A stretch of DNA of 64,000 nt, taken from positions 416,001-480,000 of the forward strand of contig CAVVPN010000001.1 of assembly GCA_963750165.1 (NCBI GenBank), read 5' to 3'. The DNA comes from an uncultured Gemmataceae bacterium. GTDB taxonomy: Bacteria; Planctomycetota; Planctomycetia; Gemmatales; Gemmataceae. The position numbers and the translations under genes are program-made. The notes under the pieces are model-generated. The model saw only the letters and a program-made list of their open reading frames with translations. It was not told the origin of the DNA and did no database searches. This document shows positions 53,841 through 63,285 of the stretch, piece by piece. Numbering within the stretch: position 1 is the stretch's first letter; each line of letters opens with the position of its first letter.

Positions 53841-54314
53841 TCAAGAGGCCAGTTCCAGGATGCGACCGTCAACCTCGATCTTGTGGACGTGGTTGAACTG
53901 GTCCAGCTTGTCCTGCAACTGGTCGATCTCGTTTTCCAGGCGGACCACCAGGGCGTCCACGTCGGCCTTCTTCAAGGCGGCGACGTAGGTGACTTCCGTG
54001 GTGGACGGGTAGACGGCGGGCTGAGGGCCGTGCCGGGTGTTGACACCGGCAAGGAACTGCGCCGTGGCCTTCTTCTCGGCGAGGTCGTAGATGTCCCGCT
54101 GCGCTTCCCGGTTGGCGTCGTTGATGGCCGTCTTGAGGCTCACCAGCGCCCCGACCAGTTCCTCACGAGTCTTCATCAGGGCCGGGACGTTGACCTGATC
54201 GGCCTGGCCTTCGGGCACGCTGTTGTACGCCAGGATGTCGGCCTGGACCTTCGCCAGCCGACCCGTCAGCCGGTTCTTGATCTTGAGTGCCTTGCCGAGC
54301 GTGATTTCTGCCAT
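53841..54314 (-). CDS. DIP1984/DUF6847-like coiled-coil protein
   Basis: ITLGKALKIKNRL...NSVPEG...LKTAINDAN...IDQLQDKLDQFNH. Confidence 0.75.
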   Translation of the reverse strand: MAEITLGKALKIKNRLTGRLAKVQADILAYNSVPEGQADQVNVPALMKTREELVGALVSLKTAINDANREAQRDIYDLAEKKATAQFLAGVNTRHGPQPAVYPSTTEVTYVAALKKADVDALVVRLENEIDQLQDKLDQFNHVHKIEVDGRILELAS

Positions 54315-54468
54315 CGGTGCCTCCTCTCTGCTCAATGCAACACCTTCACAGACGCCCGGCGCATCGAGCAGGTTCGCAGGGGACTTCGGGCACAGGCACG
54401 GCGACCCACCGCCACGTCTCGGCTAGAATGACGCCCGAAGGCGCTCAACACATGACGAGGACCGGCCC

Positions 54469-55206
54469 ATGCCTGAAACTGCCGTCGAAATCCGTGCTGC
54501 CGTCGAGCAACGGTTCGCTGCCGTCGCCACCTCTCCCGGCCAGGAGAAGAAGTTTCCGGTCGGCCCCGGCAGCGCCAAAAAGCTGGACTTCGACCCCATG
54601 GAGATCGACGCCCTGCCGGCCTCCGTGACCGATTCCTTCTGCGGCGTCGGCAACCCGCTCGGCCTGGGCGAAGCCCTGCCAGGGCAGACCGTCCTCGACC
54701 TGGGCAGCGGGGCGGGCCTGGACAGCTTGCTCGCCGCCGAAAGGGTTGGGCCGAGCGGCAAGGTTATCGGCGTCGATCTGTGCCCGGAGATGGTCGAGAA
54801 GGCCAGCCGCAACGCCTTGTTCATGGGTCTACACAACGCCGAGTTCGTGAATGCCGGGATCGAGAAGCTGCCGCTGCCGAACGGGGCGGTGGACGTGGTG
54901 ACCTCCAACGGTGTCTTCAACCTCTGCCCGGACAAGCCGGGCGTGCTGGCCGAAGCCTTCCGGGTGCTGCGGCCCGGCGCACGGCTCCAGATGGCCGACA
55001 TCCTGCTGCACGACGACGTGAGGCCGGAGGAAGTGGCGCAGAGAGGCGAGTGGTCCGACTGAATCGCCGGGGCCGTGTGGGGGCGGTCGCTCCTGCAAAT
55101 GCTGGGCGAGGCCGGGTTTGCCGAGGGCCGCATCCACGGCTGGACCGGCTACCACTCGTCGTCCTGCACCGAGGGAGCGCTCATCACGGCCCGGAAACCG
55201 GCGTGA
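54469..55206 (+). CDS. ArsM-like SAM methyltransferase with in-frame TGA at 55060 (probable selenocysteine)
   Basis: FCGVGNP, VLDLGSGAGLD, SNGVFNL; WSD*IAGA aligns with the WxxCIAGA motif; the frame continues 47 codons; hairpin after the UGA. Confidence 0.85.
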
Positions 55207-55231
55207 GCGAAGCGGGAAAAAGGGGAGTATC

Positions 55232-55322
55232 ATGCAACTCAAGACCGTGAAAATCGAGAAGCCCGACGACGCCAACATCATCCTCGACCAGACGCACTTT
55301 ATAAAGTCGGTCGAGGACATCA
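55232..55322 (+). pseudogene. N-terminal fragment of an adenosine-specific kinase (DUF355-like)
   Basis: GGGGAG RBS; MQLKTVKIEKPDDANIILDQTHFIKSVEDI, then an abrupt end. Confidence 0.7.
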
Positions 55323-56051
55323 CCCCATCTGTTCGCTGCGGAAGATGCGTTCCGACTCCTTGATCGTCAACAACCCCCGAATGCCCCAGCGCTTGAGGAC
55401 GTGCCAGATGGCCGACAACTGACCGAGGATGCCCAGCCGTTTTTTGAACTCCTTCGTCCACTTCGGAATCAGGTTGGACTTGTCTACGGCCACGACATCG
55501 ACCAGGCCCACTCGCTGCGCCAGATGCTTCCAGCCATCCATCGTCTCTGGATACTCTTCCTCGATCTCGGCAAGGCGGCGTTTCAGCGGCTCCGGGGCGG
55601 TGTCCTTCCAGCACAGGTCATGGAAGCCGACGTATCCGCCCGACTTAACCACCCGCACCATCTCTTTTAGCGCCGTCTCCTTGTCCAGTAGGCAGATCGT
55701 GCATTCGGAGATCGCCACGTCGAACGTGTCGGCGTCGAAGGGCAGGTGGTGAGCATCCCCTTGCTGGAATACCACCTGGAGATGTCTTTCCTCGGCCTTT
55801 TGCTGCGCCCGCCGCACCATCGCCTCTGAGGAATCCACGCCGACTCCCTGGCAATGAAACGTCTCAACCAGGAAGCAGAGGGGTTCTCCGGTGCCCGATG
55901 CCACGTCCAGAACTCGTGACGTACTTCCAACATGGCAGAGTTCGGCCAGTTCTCTGGTAGTGTTCAGACCGCCAGGGTGCAGGACTTCCTCGCCCAAATC
56001 GAGCGTTTCGATCAGGTTCTCCAGCGACGGGGCGTTCCTGTCTGGCGTCAT
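55320..56051 (-). CDS. Class I SAM methyltransferase, 3' end probably clipped
   Basis: LHPGG, VLDVASGTG, GDAHHLPF..FDV. Confidence 0.85.
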   Translation of the reverse strand: MTPDRNAPSLENLIETLDLGEEVLHPGGLNTTRELAELCHVGSTSRVLDVASGTGEPLCFLVETFHCQGVGVDSSEAMVRRAQQKAEERHLQVVFQQGDAHHLPFDADTFDVAISECTICLLDKETALKEMVRVVKSGGYVGFHDLCWKDTAPEPLKRRLAEIEEEYPETMDGWKHLAQRVGLVDVVAVDKSNLIPKWTKEFKKRLGILGQLSAIWHVLKRWGIRGLLTIKESERIFRSEQMG

Positions 56052-56219
56052 GAATCCTGTCCTTGGCGATGGCACGGTGAATCAGCGTGCGCTCCCAGCC
56101 TGGATCGAGTGCTGTCCCGCCGATAAAATGACCGCTGTTTCACCGGCAGGTCGTGGAGCGCCGCTGCTTTTACCCTACACGCTGATTGGCGATCTGGCGA
56201 ACGTGGTCGAGCGCCGGCG

Positions 56220-56681
56220 ATGATAGTCCTGTTTCTCCACGGCTGGCAGTCGGTCCCTGGTGGCGTCAAACCGACGTTCCTGGGGGCGCACGGCCACGAG
56301 GTCGTCAAACCGAAGCTGCCGGATGAAGACTTCAACGAGGCGGTCAGGATCGCCCAGTCCGAGTTCGACAAACACCAGCCGCAGGTGGTTGTCGGATCGT
56401 CGAGGGGCGGTGCCGTGGCGATGAACATCAACAGCGGCGAGGCGAAACTCGTCCTGCTCTGCCCGGCCTGGAAGAAATGGGGGACGGCCAGAACGGTCAA
56501 ACCCGGCACGGTGATCCTGCACAGCCGGGCGGACGCCGTAGTTCCCTTCGCTGACTCCGAAGAACTGGTCAGGAACAGTGGGCTGCCAGCCTCGGCGCTG
56601 GTCGAGGTCGGCGACGATCACCGGCTCGCCGACCCGGAGCCACTTGCGGCGATGGTGAAGGCGTGCGTTGGAGAGGAGTAG
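56220..56681 (+). CDS. Small alpha/beta hydrolase
   Basis: FLHGW, GSSRGG nucleophile elbow, D..VP, DHRL. Confidence 0.88.
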   Translation: MIVLFLHGWQSVPGGVKPTFLGAHGHEVVKPKLPDEDFNEAVRIAQSEFDKHQPQVVVGSSRGGAVAMNINSGEAKLVLLCPAWKKWGTARTVKPGTVILHSRADAVVPFADSEELVRNSGLPASALVEVGDDHRLADPEPLAAMVKACVGEE

Positions 56682-56725
56682 CAGAACTCTCCAAACAAGA
56701 ACGTGACGAACGAAAGGCCATCCTG

Positions 56726-57163
56726 ATGTCTCGGAAAAAGGTGTCTCGCAACGATCCTTGTCCTTGTGGGAGCGGCAAGAAGTACAAGCATTGCTGCTAC
56801 GGCAAGGGCGTCGAGGATGACCTGGGCCTGCGGTCGGGACGGCAGCAGCCGCAGTACCCCATCGGCACGGTGGCGATGTACGGCCCCGACGACAAGACCA
56901 CCACCAAGATCGCCGCTGCGGTGATCCTCCATGACGGTGCCGAGGCGATCATGCAGCGGTGGGTGGCGACGGACGTGACGACCAACCCGAAAGTGCAGCA
57001 GGAGTTGAAGGACTTCTTCCTCCAGCACGGGGTCAAGCAGGTGGCGATGAGCCAGGGGAACATGGGCTGCCCGCATGAGGAGGGCGAGGACTTTCCCCAC
57101 GGCGAGGATTGCCCGGTTTGCCCCTTCTGGAAGGGCAAACAGGGTAGCAACAGAAAGGATTGA
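56726..57163 (+). CDS. SEC-C motif protein
   Basis: [18 protein letters not shown]-terminal GCPHEEG..CPVCPFW. Confidence 0.85.
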   Translation: MSRKKVSRNDPCPCGSGKKYKHCCYGKGVEDDLGLRSGRQQPQYPIGTVAMYGPDDKTTTKIAAAVILHDGAEAIMQRWVATDVTTNPKVQQELKDFFLQHGVKQVAMSQGNMGCPHEEGEDFPHGEDCPVCPFWKGKQGSNRKD

Positions 57164-57166
57164 CCA

Positions 57167-57580
57167 ATGGCAAAACAACGAAAAGCCTGGACGTTTAACC
57201 CTGGCAAGAAGCCCAAGACGGCCTTGCCCGGCACGCTCAAGGACGAAGTGGACAACAAGGCCAGGGAACTGATCGAAACGGTCCTCAAGCCCAAGCACGT
57301 CCAACCGTCGCCCACGGGCCACCAGTTGAACTACGTCACCGACATCACGACCAAGTGGCTCGGATCGAAGTGCTACTTCGTTTCGATCTACGCCTGCCCT
57401 GGCCCGAACGCCATCGCCCCCACTTTCGAGACGAAGTTCGCCCGCCTGGAGTGCGTCGGCAACGCCAAGTTCGCCCTGTCGTTCATGCGCCACACCGGCC
57501 AGTGGGTCGAACTGTACGATGGCCTTTCCTTGGATGAGTGCCTGAAGGCGATTCAGGATGATCCCTGGTTCGTGCCGTGA
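57167..57580 (+). CDS. Hypothetical protein
   Basis: Operonic ORF with good codon usage. Confidence 0.7.
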   Translation: MAKQRKAWTFNPGKKPKTALPGTLKDEVDNKARELIETVLKPKHVQPSPTGHQLNYVTDITTKWLGSKCYFVSIYACPGPNAIAPTFETKFARLECVGNAKFALSFMRHTGQWVELYDGLSLDECLKAIQDDPWFVP

Positions 57581-57629
57581 GTGTCTGACAGAACTGAGCC
57601 GGTCAACCAACAAACGATGGAGCTTTCAC

Positions 57630-57956
57630 ATGAGCGTACCTGACGAAGTGCGGCGTGACGCTGAGAAGACGGGTGAGCTTGTCCGCAAGAAGCTAATGGA
57701 AATGATGGATTTGCAGGCCGACATCGACGCCCTGTTGCGAGACAAGCATCCCACACCGTTCGGGTCGAAGAGCTGGCAGTACGCCGACATCGAATCCTTG
57801 CAGCGGCTTGTGGCGATGACGGCGATCCAGTTCATCCTTTTCGAGCCAGTGGAGAGGGTAAAGGGCAACGAGGAAGTCAATCTTGCTGCGGGAAAGTTGG
57901 TGTCGCTGCTTTCGGAGCAATTGAAAACGCTCAAGACGAAGAAATCCGATTGGTGA
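57630..57956 (+). CDS. Hypothetical protein
   Basis: GGAG RBS; helical 108-aa ORF. Confidence 0.6.
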   Translation: MSVPDEVRRDAEKTGELVRKKLMEMMDLQADIDALLRDKHPTPFGSKSWQYADIESLQRLVAMTAIQFILFEPVERVKGNEEVNLAAGKLVSLLSEQLKTLKTKKSDW

Positions 57957-57961
57957 AGTCT

Positions 57962-58150
57962 ATGGACCAGATGACCGTCGAGAAGCTGGAAGTGAAGATC
58001 GAGGAAGCCTTCGCCGAGATCATCGTGAAGATGGGCCTCAAGAAGCTGCCGCTCCTGCCGGCCCGCCATACCATGCACGTGATGGCGAAGGCTGCCGTGA
58101 CGGTCTACGAGGCGGCGGTGGAGAATCAGCGACGAGAGGAAGACCAATGA
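57962..58150 (+). CDS. Small hypothetical protein
   Basis: ATGA overlap with the cupin gene. Confidence 0.6.
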   Translation: MDQMTVEKLEVKIEEAFAEIIVKMGLKKLPLLPARHTMHVMAKAAVTVYEAAVENQRREEDQ

Positions 58151-58632
58151 GCATGGCGCATCAACCAACCCTGCGACAACTCGGCGAAGGCCGCACCGTT
58201 GCCGTCGTCGGCGATGTGTACCGCTTCCTGGCGACCGGCGAGGACACGAACGGCAAGTACGCCGTGTGGGAAGCCATCGTACCTCCGGGCGGCGGTCCAC
58301 CCCCACACGTCCACAGCCGGGAGGAAGAGGGGTTCTACATCCTCGAAGGCGAGATCACACTCCAGGTCGGCGACAAGCGCCTCGTGGCGAGCGCCGGGAT
58401 GTTCGCCAACATGCCGGTCGGAACGCCTCACTCCTTCAAGAACGAGAGCGGCAAACCGGCCAAAATGCTCATTTCTGTAGCGCCTGCGGGGCTGGACAAG
58501 ATGTTCTTCGAGTTCGGCGTGCCGCTGCCCGAAGGTTCAACGACGGCCCTGCCGCCCACGAAAGAGGAAATCGAGAAACTGCTGGCAGTCGCACCGAGGT
58601 ACGGGATCGAGATCAGGCTGCCGCAGTCATGA
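58147..58632 (+). CDS. Cupin (quercetinase-like)
   Basis: PPPHVHSREEEGFYILEG; PVGTPHSFKN. Confidence 0.9.
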   Translation: MSMAHQPTLRQLGEGRTVAVVGDVYRFLATGEDTNGKYAVWEAIVPPGGGPPPHVHSREEEGFYILEGEITLQVGDKRLVASAGMFANMPVGTPHSFKNESGKPAKMLISVAPAGLDKMFFEFGVPLPEGSTTALPPTKEEIEKLLAVAPRYGIEIRLPQS

Positions 58633-59043
58633 GCCTGCTCGGTGAACGGGCCGGGCGAGAAAGTAAACCAACGCCCCAACAGGCACGGCCCCTGGCCCCT
58701 CCAAGGCCGTCCACCACCAGGGCATCCCCGCTGCCAGATCGACGCCCGTGAAGACAATGCCGAGCAGTGCGAGGCACACACCAAAGAACCGCACCAGAGG
58801 ACGGTAGCGATCCAGATCAGACGCCATCACCAGGCAAAGAGCGCCGAACAAGGCATAGAAGGCCGAGAGGGAGCGGGCCAGGTACTCCACAATGGGGCCG
58901 GTTGGCATCTCGCCCAGCCCCAGCCAGCGATGCGTAGCGGCCATCCACGACCACGGCATAACCACGGGGACCAGGGCGAACAGGCTGCCGATGCCCAGGA
59001 GATAGCGAAAGAGGATCACCAACGCCTTGTCGGATTTCGTCAT
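58627..59043 (-). CDS. Small membrane protein
   Basis: Four hydrophobic segments. Confidence 0.75.
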   Translation of the reverse strand: MTKSDKALVILFRYLLGIGSLFALVPVVMPWSWMAATHRWLGLGEMPTGPIVEYLARSLSAFYALFGALCLVMASDLDRYRPLVRFFGVCLALLGIVFTGVDLAAGMPWWWTALEGPGAVPVGALVYFLARPVHRAGS

Positions 59044-59144
59044 CGCCCGTTACTCCTGGCCGTCTTCAAGCTGCGTCCTCGGTCTGCCCACACCGCTAGA
59101 ATATTGGCTGGTTGACCGACGAAAAATGTCGATGAGAGTCATCA

Positions 59145-59480
59145 ATGGCCTTCAGCGAAGCCCCGGCCGGGCGCATCCGGCAACGCCTGGCCCGGCGCAA
59201 GAACGTCGAGGAGAAGAAGATGTTCGGCGGCGTCGGCTTCCTGCTCAACGGCAACCTGCTCGTGGGCGTGTGGAAGGACTCCCTCTGCGTGCGGCTTGGC
59301 CAGGACCAGGCTGAGGAGGCGCTACCTGAGCCGCACGTCAAGGAGTTTGACATCACCGGCAGGCCGATGAAGGGCTGGGTGCTGGTCGAGGCGGAAGGCG
59401 TCGAGGACGATGACCAGTTGAAGGGCTGGATTCAGCGGGCCGTGAAGTTCATGACGGCGTTGCCGGCGAAGGAGAAGTAA
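59145..59480 (+). CDS. TfoX N-terminal domain protein
   Basis: EKKMFGGVGFLLNGN...GRPMKGWV. Confidence 0.9.
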   Translation: MAFSEAPAGRIRQRLARRKNVEEKKMFGGVGFLLNGNLLVGVWKDSLCVRLGQDQAEEALPEPHVKEFDITGRPMKGWVLVEAEGVEDDDQLKGWIQRAVKFMTALPAKEK

Positions 59481-59510
59481 TCGTGCGTCGTCGGCATACG
59501 GAGGGAAGCG

Positions 59511-59798
59511 ATGCTCTTCATGGTGATCGAGAGGTTCCGGGATCACGACGGGGCAGCCGTCTACCGGCGCTTTCGGGAGAAAGGACGCCTGTTGCCCGAA
59601 GGGTTGAAGTACGTCGATAGTTGGGTGGAAGTGAGCGGCAACCGCTGTTTCCAGTTGATGGAGTGCGACGATGAGCAGTTGTTTCAGCAGTGGGTCGCCC
59701 GTTGGAATGACCTGGTGGACTTCGAGATCGTCCCTGTTTGTACCTCCAGGGAGGCAGCAGCCGGCCACGAAAAGGGAACCCAGGGAGGCGGTGGTTGA
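59511..59798 (+). CDS. DUF3303-like protein
   Basis: MLFMVIERF...GRLLPEGL...CFQLME...WNDLVDFEIVPV. Confidence 0.8.
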   Translation: MLFMVIERFRDHDGAAVYRRFREKGRLLPEGLKYVDSWVEVSGNRCFQLMECDDEQLFQQWVARWNDLVDFEIVPVCTSREAAAGHEKGTQGGGG

Positions 59799-59905
59799 GT
59801 TCCAGAACGTCGTGCCGGCCAAGCAGGAATCTGGTGATACCACCACCGGCGTCCGCTTCAAGCCGTCACCCGATTCAACAAAGGGTCGCAACTGAGGAAC
59901 GAAGC

Positions 59906-60383
59906 ATGAGCCGCAATCCCATCATCAACACCCGGCCCCAAGGCCGCACCATCGCCGTCGTCGGTGACGTGTACCGATTCCTGGCGACCGGCGACGACAC
60001 CAACGGCAAGTACGCCCTGTTTGAAGCGCTCGTGGGGCCGGGCGGCGCCACCCCCGCACGTCCACAGCCGGGAGGAGGAAGGGTTCTACATCCTCGAAGG
60101 CGAGATCACGTTCACGATCAACGGCGAGCGGGTCGTGGCGACGGCGGGGATGTTCGCCAACATGCCGGTCGGCACCCCGCATAGCTTCAAGAATGAAAGC
60201 AACAAACCGGCGAAGATGCTGATCTCGGTCGCACCGGCTGGCCTGGAGAAGATGTTCATGGAGGTCGGTGTCCCGCTTGCCGAAGGAGCGACTACGGCGT
60301 TTCCTCCGACCAAGGAAGAGATCGAGAAATTGCTGGCGATTGCGCCGAGCTACGGCATCGAGATCAGGCTACCCGGACATTGA
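59906..60383 (+). CDS. Cupin paralog of 58147-58632 (frameshift near 60045)
   Basis: The same motifs, split over two frames. Confidence 0.8.
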
Positions 60384-60397
60384 GAGAGGACACGACC

Positions 60398-60715
60398 ATG
60401 ACCACCGCCTACACCCACATCCTTGATCTCGCCAAGGAAGCCGAGCCGCCTGCGGACGGCATCTTGAGCCGCACCGTCTTCCAGGACGAGCGGATCAAGG
60501 CCGTGGTCTTCGGCTTCGGCCAGGGCCAGGAGCTTTCCGAACACACGGCGGCGAAGCCGGCCATGCTGTACTTCGTGAAGGGCGAGGCCGGCGTCGGCCT
60601 GGGCGAGGACGTGCAGGAGGCTCAGGCCGGCACCTGGGTCCACATGCCCGCCAACCTGAAGCACTCGATCAAGGCGAAGACGCCGGTGGTCATGCTGCTG
60701 GTGTTGTTGAAATGA
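60398..60715 (+). CDS. Cupin domain protein
   Basis: GQELSEHTA; HMPANLKHSI. Confidence 0.85.
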   Translation: MTTAYTHILDLAKEAEPPADGILSRTVFQDERIKAVVFGFGQGQELSEHTAAKPAMLYFVKGEAGVGLGEDVQEAQAGTWVHMPANLKHSIKAKTPVVMLLVLLK

Positions 60716-60728
60716 GGTTCATCCCGAA

Positions 60729-61122
60729 ATGGCAAAGGCACAGAACATCGACGGCTACAACTCACAGTTCCCCGCTGACGTTCAGGCCGTTCTTCAGGAA
60801 GTACGGGAAACGATCCGCCAGGTTGCCCCCGAAGCGAAGGAAACCATCAGTTACCAGATGCCCGCCTTCAGGCAGCACGGGATTCTGGTCTACTTCGCGG
60901 CGTGGAAGCAGCACATCGGGATGTACCCGCCGATCTCTGGAGACAAAGCTCTGGAGACAGCCCTCGCACGGTATGCTGGGCCGAAGGGCAATCTCCAGTT
61001 TCCACTCGACGAGCCGATGCCCCCTCGACCTGATCGAGCGCATCGTAAAGCTGCGAGTCAAGCAGGACTCAGCGAAAGCGGCGGCACGGGGCAGGAAGCG
61101 GCAGGTCGGCCAGAAAGACTGA
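60729..61122 (+). CDS. DUF1801/YdhG-like protein (frameshift near 61020)
   Basis: APEAKETISYQMPAF, FAAWKQHIG, KGNLQFP, then PLDLIERIVK in a shifted frame. Confidence 0.85.
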
Positions 61123-61150
61123 TTGACAAGTCGGGAGGTTCCGATATAAT
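61123..61150 (+). promoter_or_regulatory. Consensus sigma70 promoter of the ArsR gene
   Basis: TTGACA - 16 bp - TATAAT, with a TCGG..CCGA dyad in the spacer. Confidence 0.7.
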
Positions 61151-61169
61151 TGAGTATCGGAGGCACACG

Positions 61170-61493
61170 ATGACCACCAAGACGAAATCGCCGCTACCCG
61201 CCCTCACCGACCTGGAGGCTCTGGAACAGGCGGCGGAATGCCTCAAGACGCTGGCCCACCCGCACCGCCTGCGCATGGTCCAGATGCTCCTGCGGGGCCG
61301 CTACACGGTCGGCGAACTGGCCGAGGCGTGCGGCATCCCCAGCCACATGGCCTCCGAACACCTGCGCCTCATGCAGCGCTGCGGCTTCCTGACCAGCGAG
61401 AAGGACGGGCGTAACGTGTACTACCAGATCGCCGAACCCCACCTGGCGAACATCATGGCCTGCATCGAGGCCCGGTTCGACTGCAAGCGGTGA
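61170..61493 (+). CDS. ArsR/SmtB family regulator
   Basis: LKTLAHPHRLRMV...TVGELA...SEHLRLM...DGRNVYY. Confidence 0.92.
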   Translation: MTTKTKSPLPALTDLEALEQAAECLKTLAHPHRLRMVQMLLRGRYTVGELAEACGIPSHMASEHLRLMQRCGFLTSEKDGRNVYYQIAEPHLANIMACIEARFDCKR

Positions 61494-61563
61494 TTTTTTC
61501 TAGGACAGCAAAGCCGGCTAGACAGCTAACCTGGGTTTGGGTTACGCTTTAGCGCCCCAACCC

Positions 61564-61661
61564 GGCTTTGATACGTAATGTAATTTCGTCCCGCGGTTGG
61601 TCCCGTTCGTCACGGAACGTTACCGAGGCGTACCGCGAAAAACGAGTTGCGTAGCAAAGCC
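61564..61661. mobile_element. 98-bp MITE inside the IS leader
   Basis: 15-bp IRs GGCTTTG(A/C)TACG(T/C)AA; 9-bp duplication CCCCAACCC; the empty site is visible in the second IS copy near 63342. Confidence 0.85.
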
Positions 61662-61681
61662 CCCCAACCCAGGAGCTTGCC

Positions 61682-63277
61682 ATGGCCAGGAAGGCGCCCC
61701 GCCCCGAACCCACCTTCACCCAACACCTGGACGCCTTGTACCAGGACTGCCCCGCCTGCCACCGACGGATGTGGTCCGACTACCGGAACGACCGCACCGT
61801 CGTCACCCTGCTGGGCCTGACACGGCTGGTGCTCCACATCCGCCGCTGCCACACCGCCGACTGCCCACGCCACCTGCAGCCCTACCGGCCCGAGGCCGAG
61901 GGCCGCCACGCCCTGCCCCAGCACGAGTTCGGCCTGGACGTCATCGCCCACCTCGGCGCCCTCCGCTACGCCGAGCACCGCTCCGTCCCCGAGATCCACC
62001 AGCACCTGGTCGCCCGGGGCCTGGCCATCGCCGAGCGGACGGTCACCAACCTCCTGGAGCGCTACGACGAACTGCTGGCCGTCACCCTGACCGACGCCGG
62101 CCGCCTGCGCGGGTTGCTGGCCGCGCAGGGCCGCGTCATCCTGGCCATCGACGGCCTGCAGCCCGACGTCGGCCACGAGGTGCTCTGGGTGTTGCGCGAC
62201 TGCCTCTCCGGCACCGTCCTGCTGCGCGCAGCCTGTTGTCCAGCCGGCAGCAGGACCTGGCCGAACTCATCGGCCAGGTGCGCGACGGCCTGGCGGTGCC
62301 GATCACCGGGGTGGTCTCCGACGGCCAGCACTCCATCCGCAAGGCCGTGGCCGAAGCCTTGCCCGGCGTGCCGCACCAACTCTGCCACTTCCACTACCTC
62401 CGCGAAGCCGCCCGGCCCATCTACGAGGCCGACCGCCACGCCAAGAAGGAACTCAAGAAGCGCGTCCGCGGCGTGCGGCCCCTCGAGCGCCAGGTGGAGG
62501 GCCGCACCGACCCCGAGGCCCAGGCCATCCAGGGGTACTGCGACGCGGTCCGCAGTGCCGTGACCGACGACGGCCGGCCGCCCCTGGAAGCGTCCGGGCT
62601 GAAACTCCACGACCGCCTGAGCGCCGTGGTGGCCAGCCTGGACGGGGTGGCCGAAAAAGGGGCTCCCGAAAGAACTCGTCCGGCTGAGGCTGCTGCTCGT
62701 GGCGGCGTTGGCGGCCACGGCGCCGCTGTGGCCCCCGGTGCGCGTGGCCTTCGCCTGGGTCTGGCAGGCGGCGCACCTGCTGGGCGAACACGGCCCCGGG
62801 GTGGCCCCAGCCGTGCGGCAGCGCCTGGGTGGTCTGCTCGGGGCGATGACCCGCCACCGCGGGCTGGTCGGGGCGCTGGCGAGCGGGGTCGAGCACTTCG
62901 TGAAGGTCACCCGGAGCTACTGGCCGGGGCTGTTCCACTGCTACGCCGTCGCGGACCTACCGCGGACGAACAACGACCTGGAGCAGTTCTTCGGCAGCCA
63001 TCGCTACCACGAGCGCCGGGCCAGCGGCCGCACGGGGGCGTCCCCGAGTCTGGTGCTCCGTGGGGAGGCCCGCGTGTTGGCGGCCGCGGCGACCCGGCAG
63101 CACGTCTACACAGCGGAAGAGTTGGCGGAGGCAGACCCGGTCAGGCAGGCGGAACTCCGCCAACACCTGGAGTCCCGCCGCCGCCGCCGAGTCAACCGCA
63201 CACGGTTCCGTCGCAATCCCCGGGCGTTCCTCCAACAGTTGGAGGAAAAACTGCTCCAGCCGGCTTTGCTGTCCTAG
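61682..63277 (+). CDS. Transposase with frameshifts near 62225 (probable lesion) and at GAAAAAGGGG near 62655 (possibly programmed)
   Basis: CPAC, AIDGLQPD, VVSDG, HQLCHFHYLRE, LPRTNNDLEQFF. Confidence 0.8.
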
Positions 63278-63285
63278 ATTTTTTT

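Larger units (their letters stand above)
61500..63277 (+). mobile_element. Insertion sequence (two-ORF DDE transposase, family uncertain, ISNCY-like)
   Basis: Perfect 18-bp IRs CTAGGACAGCAAAGCCGG; ATTTTTT(T) on both flanks. Confidence 0.9.

Noticed and set aside
60729..61493. DUF1801-ArsR fusion protein
   Set aside because: Produced by a frameshift; ArsR has its own promoter, RBS and ATG
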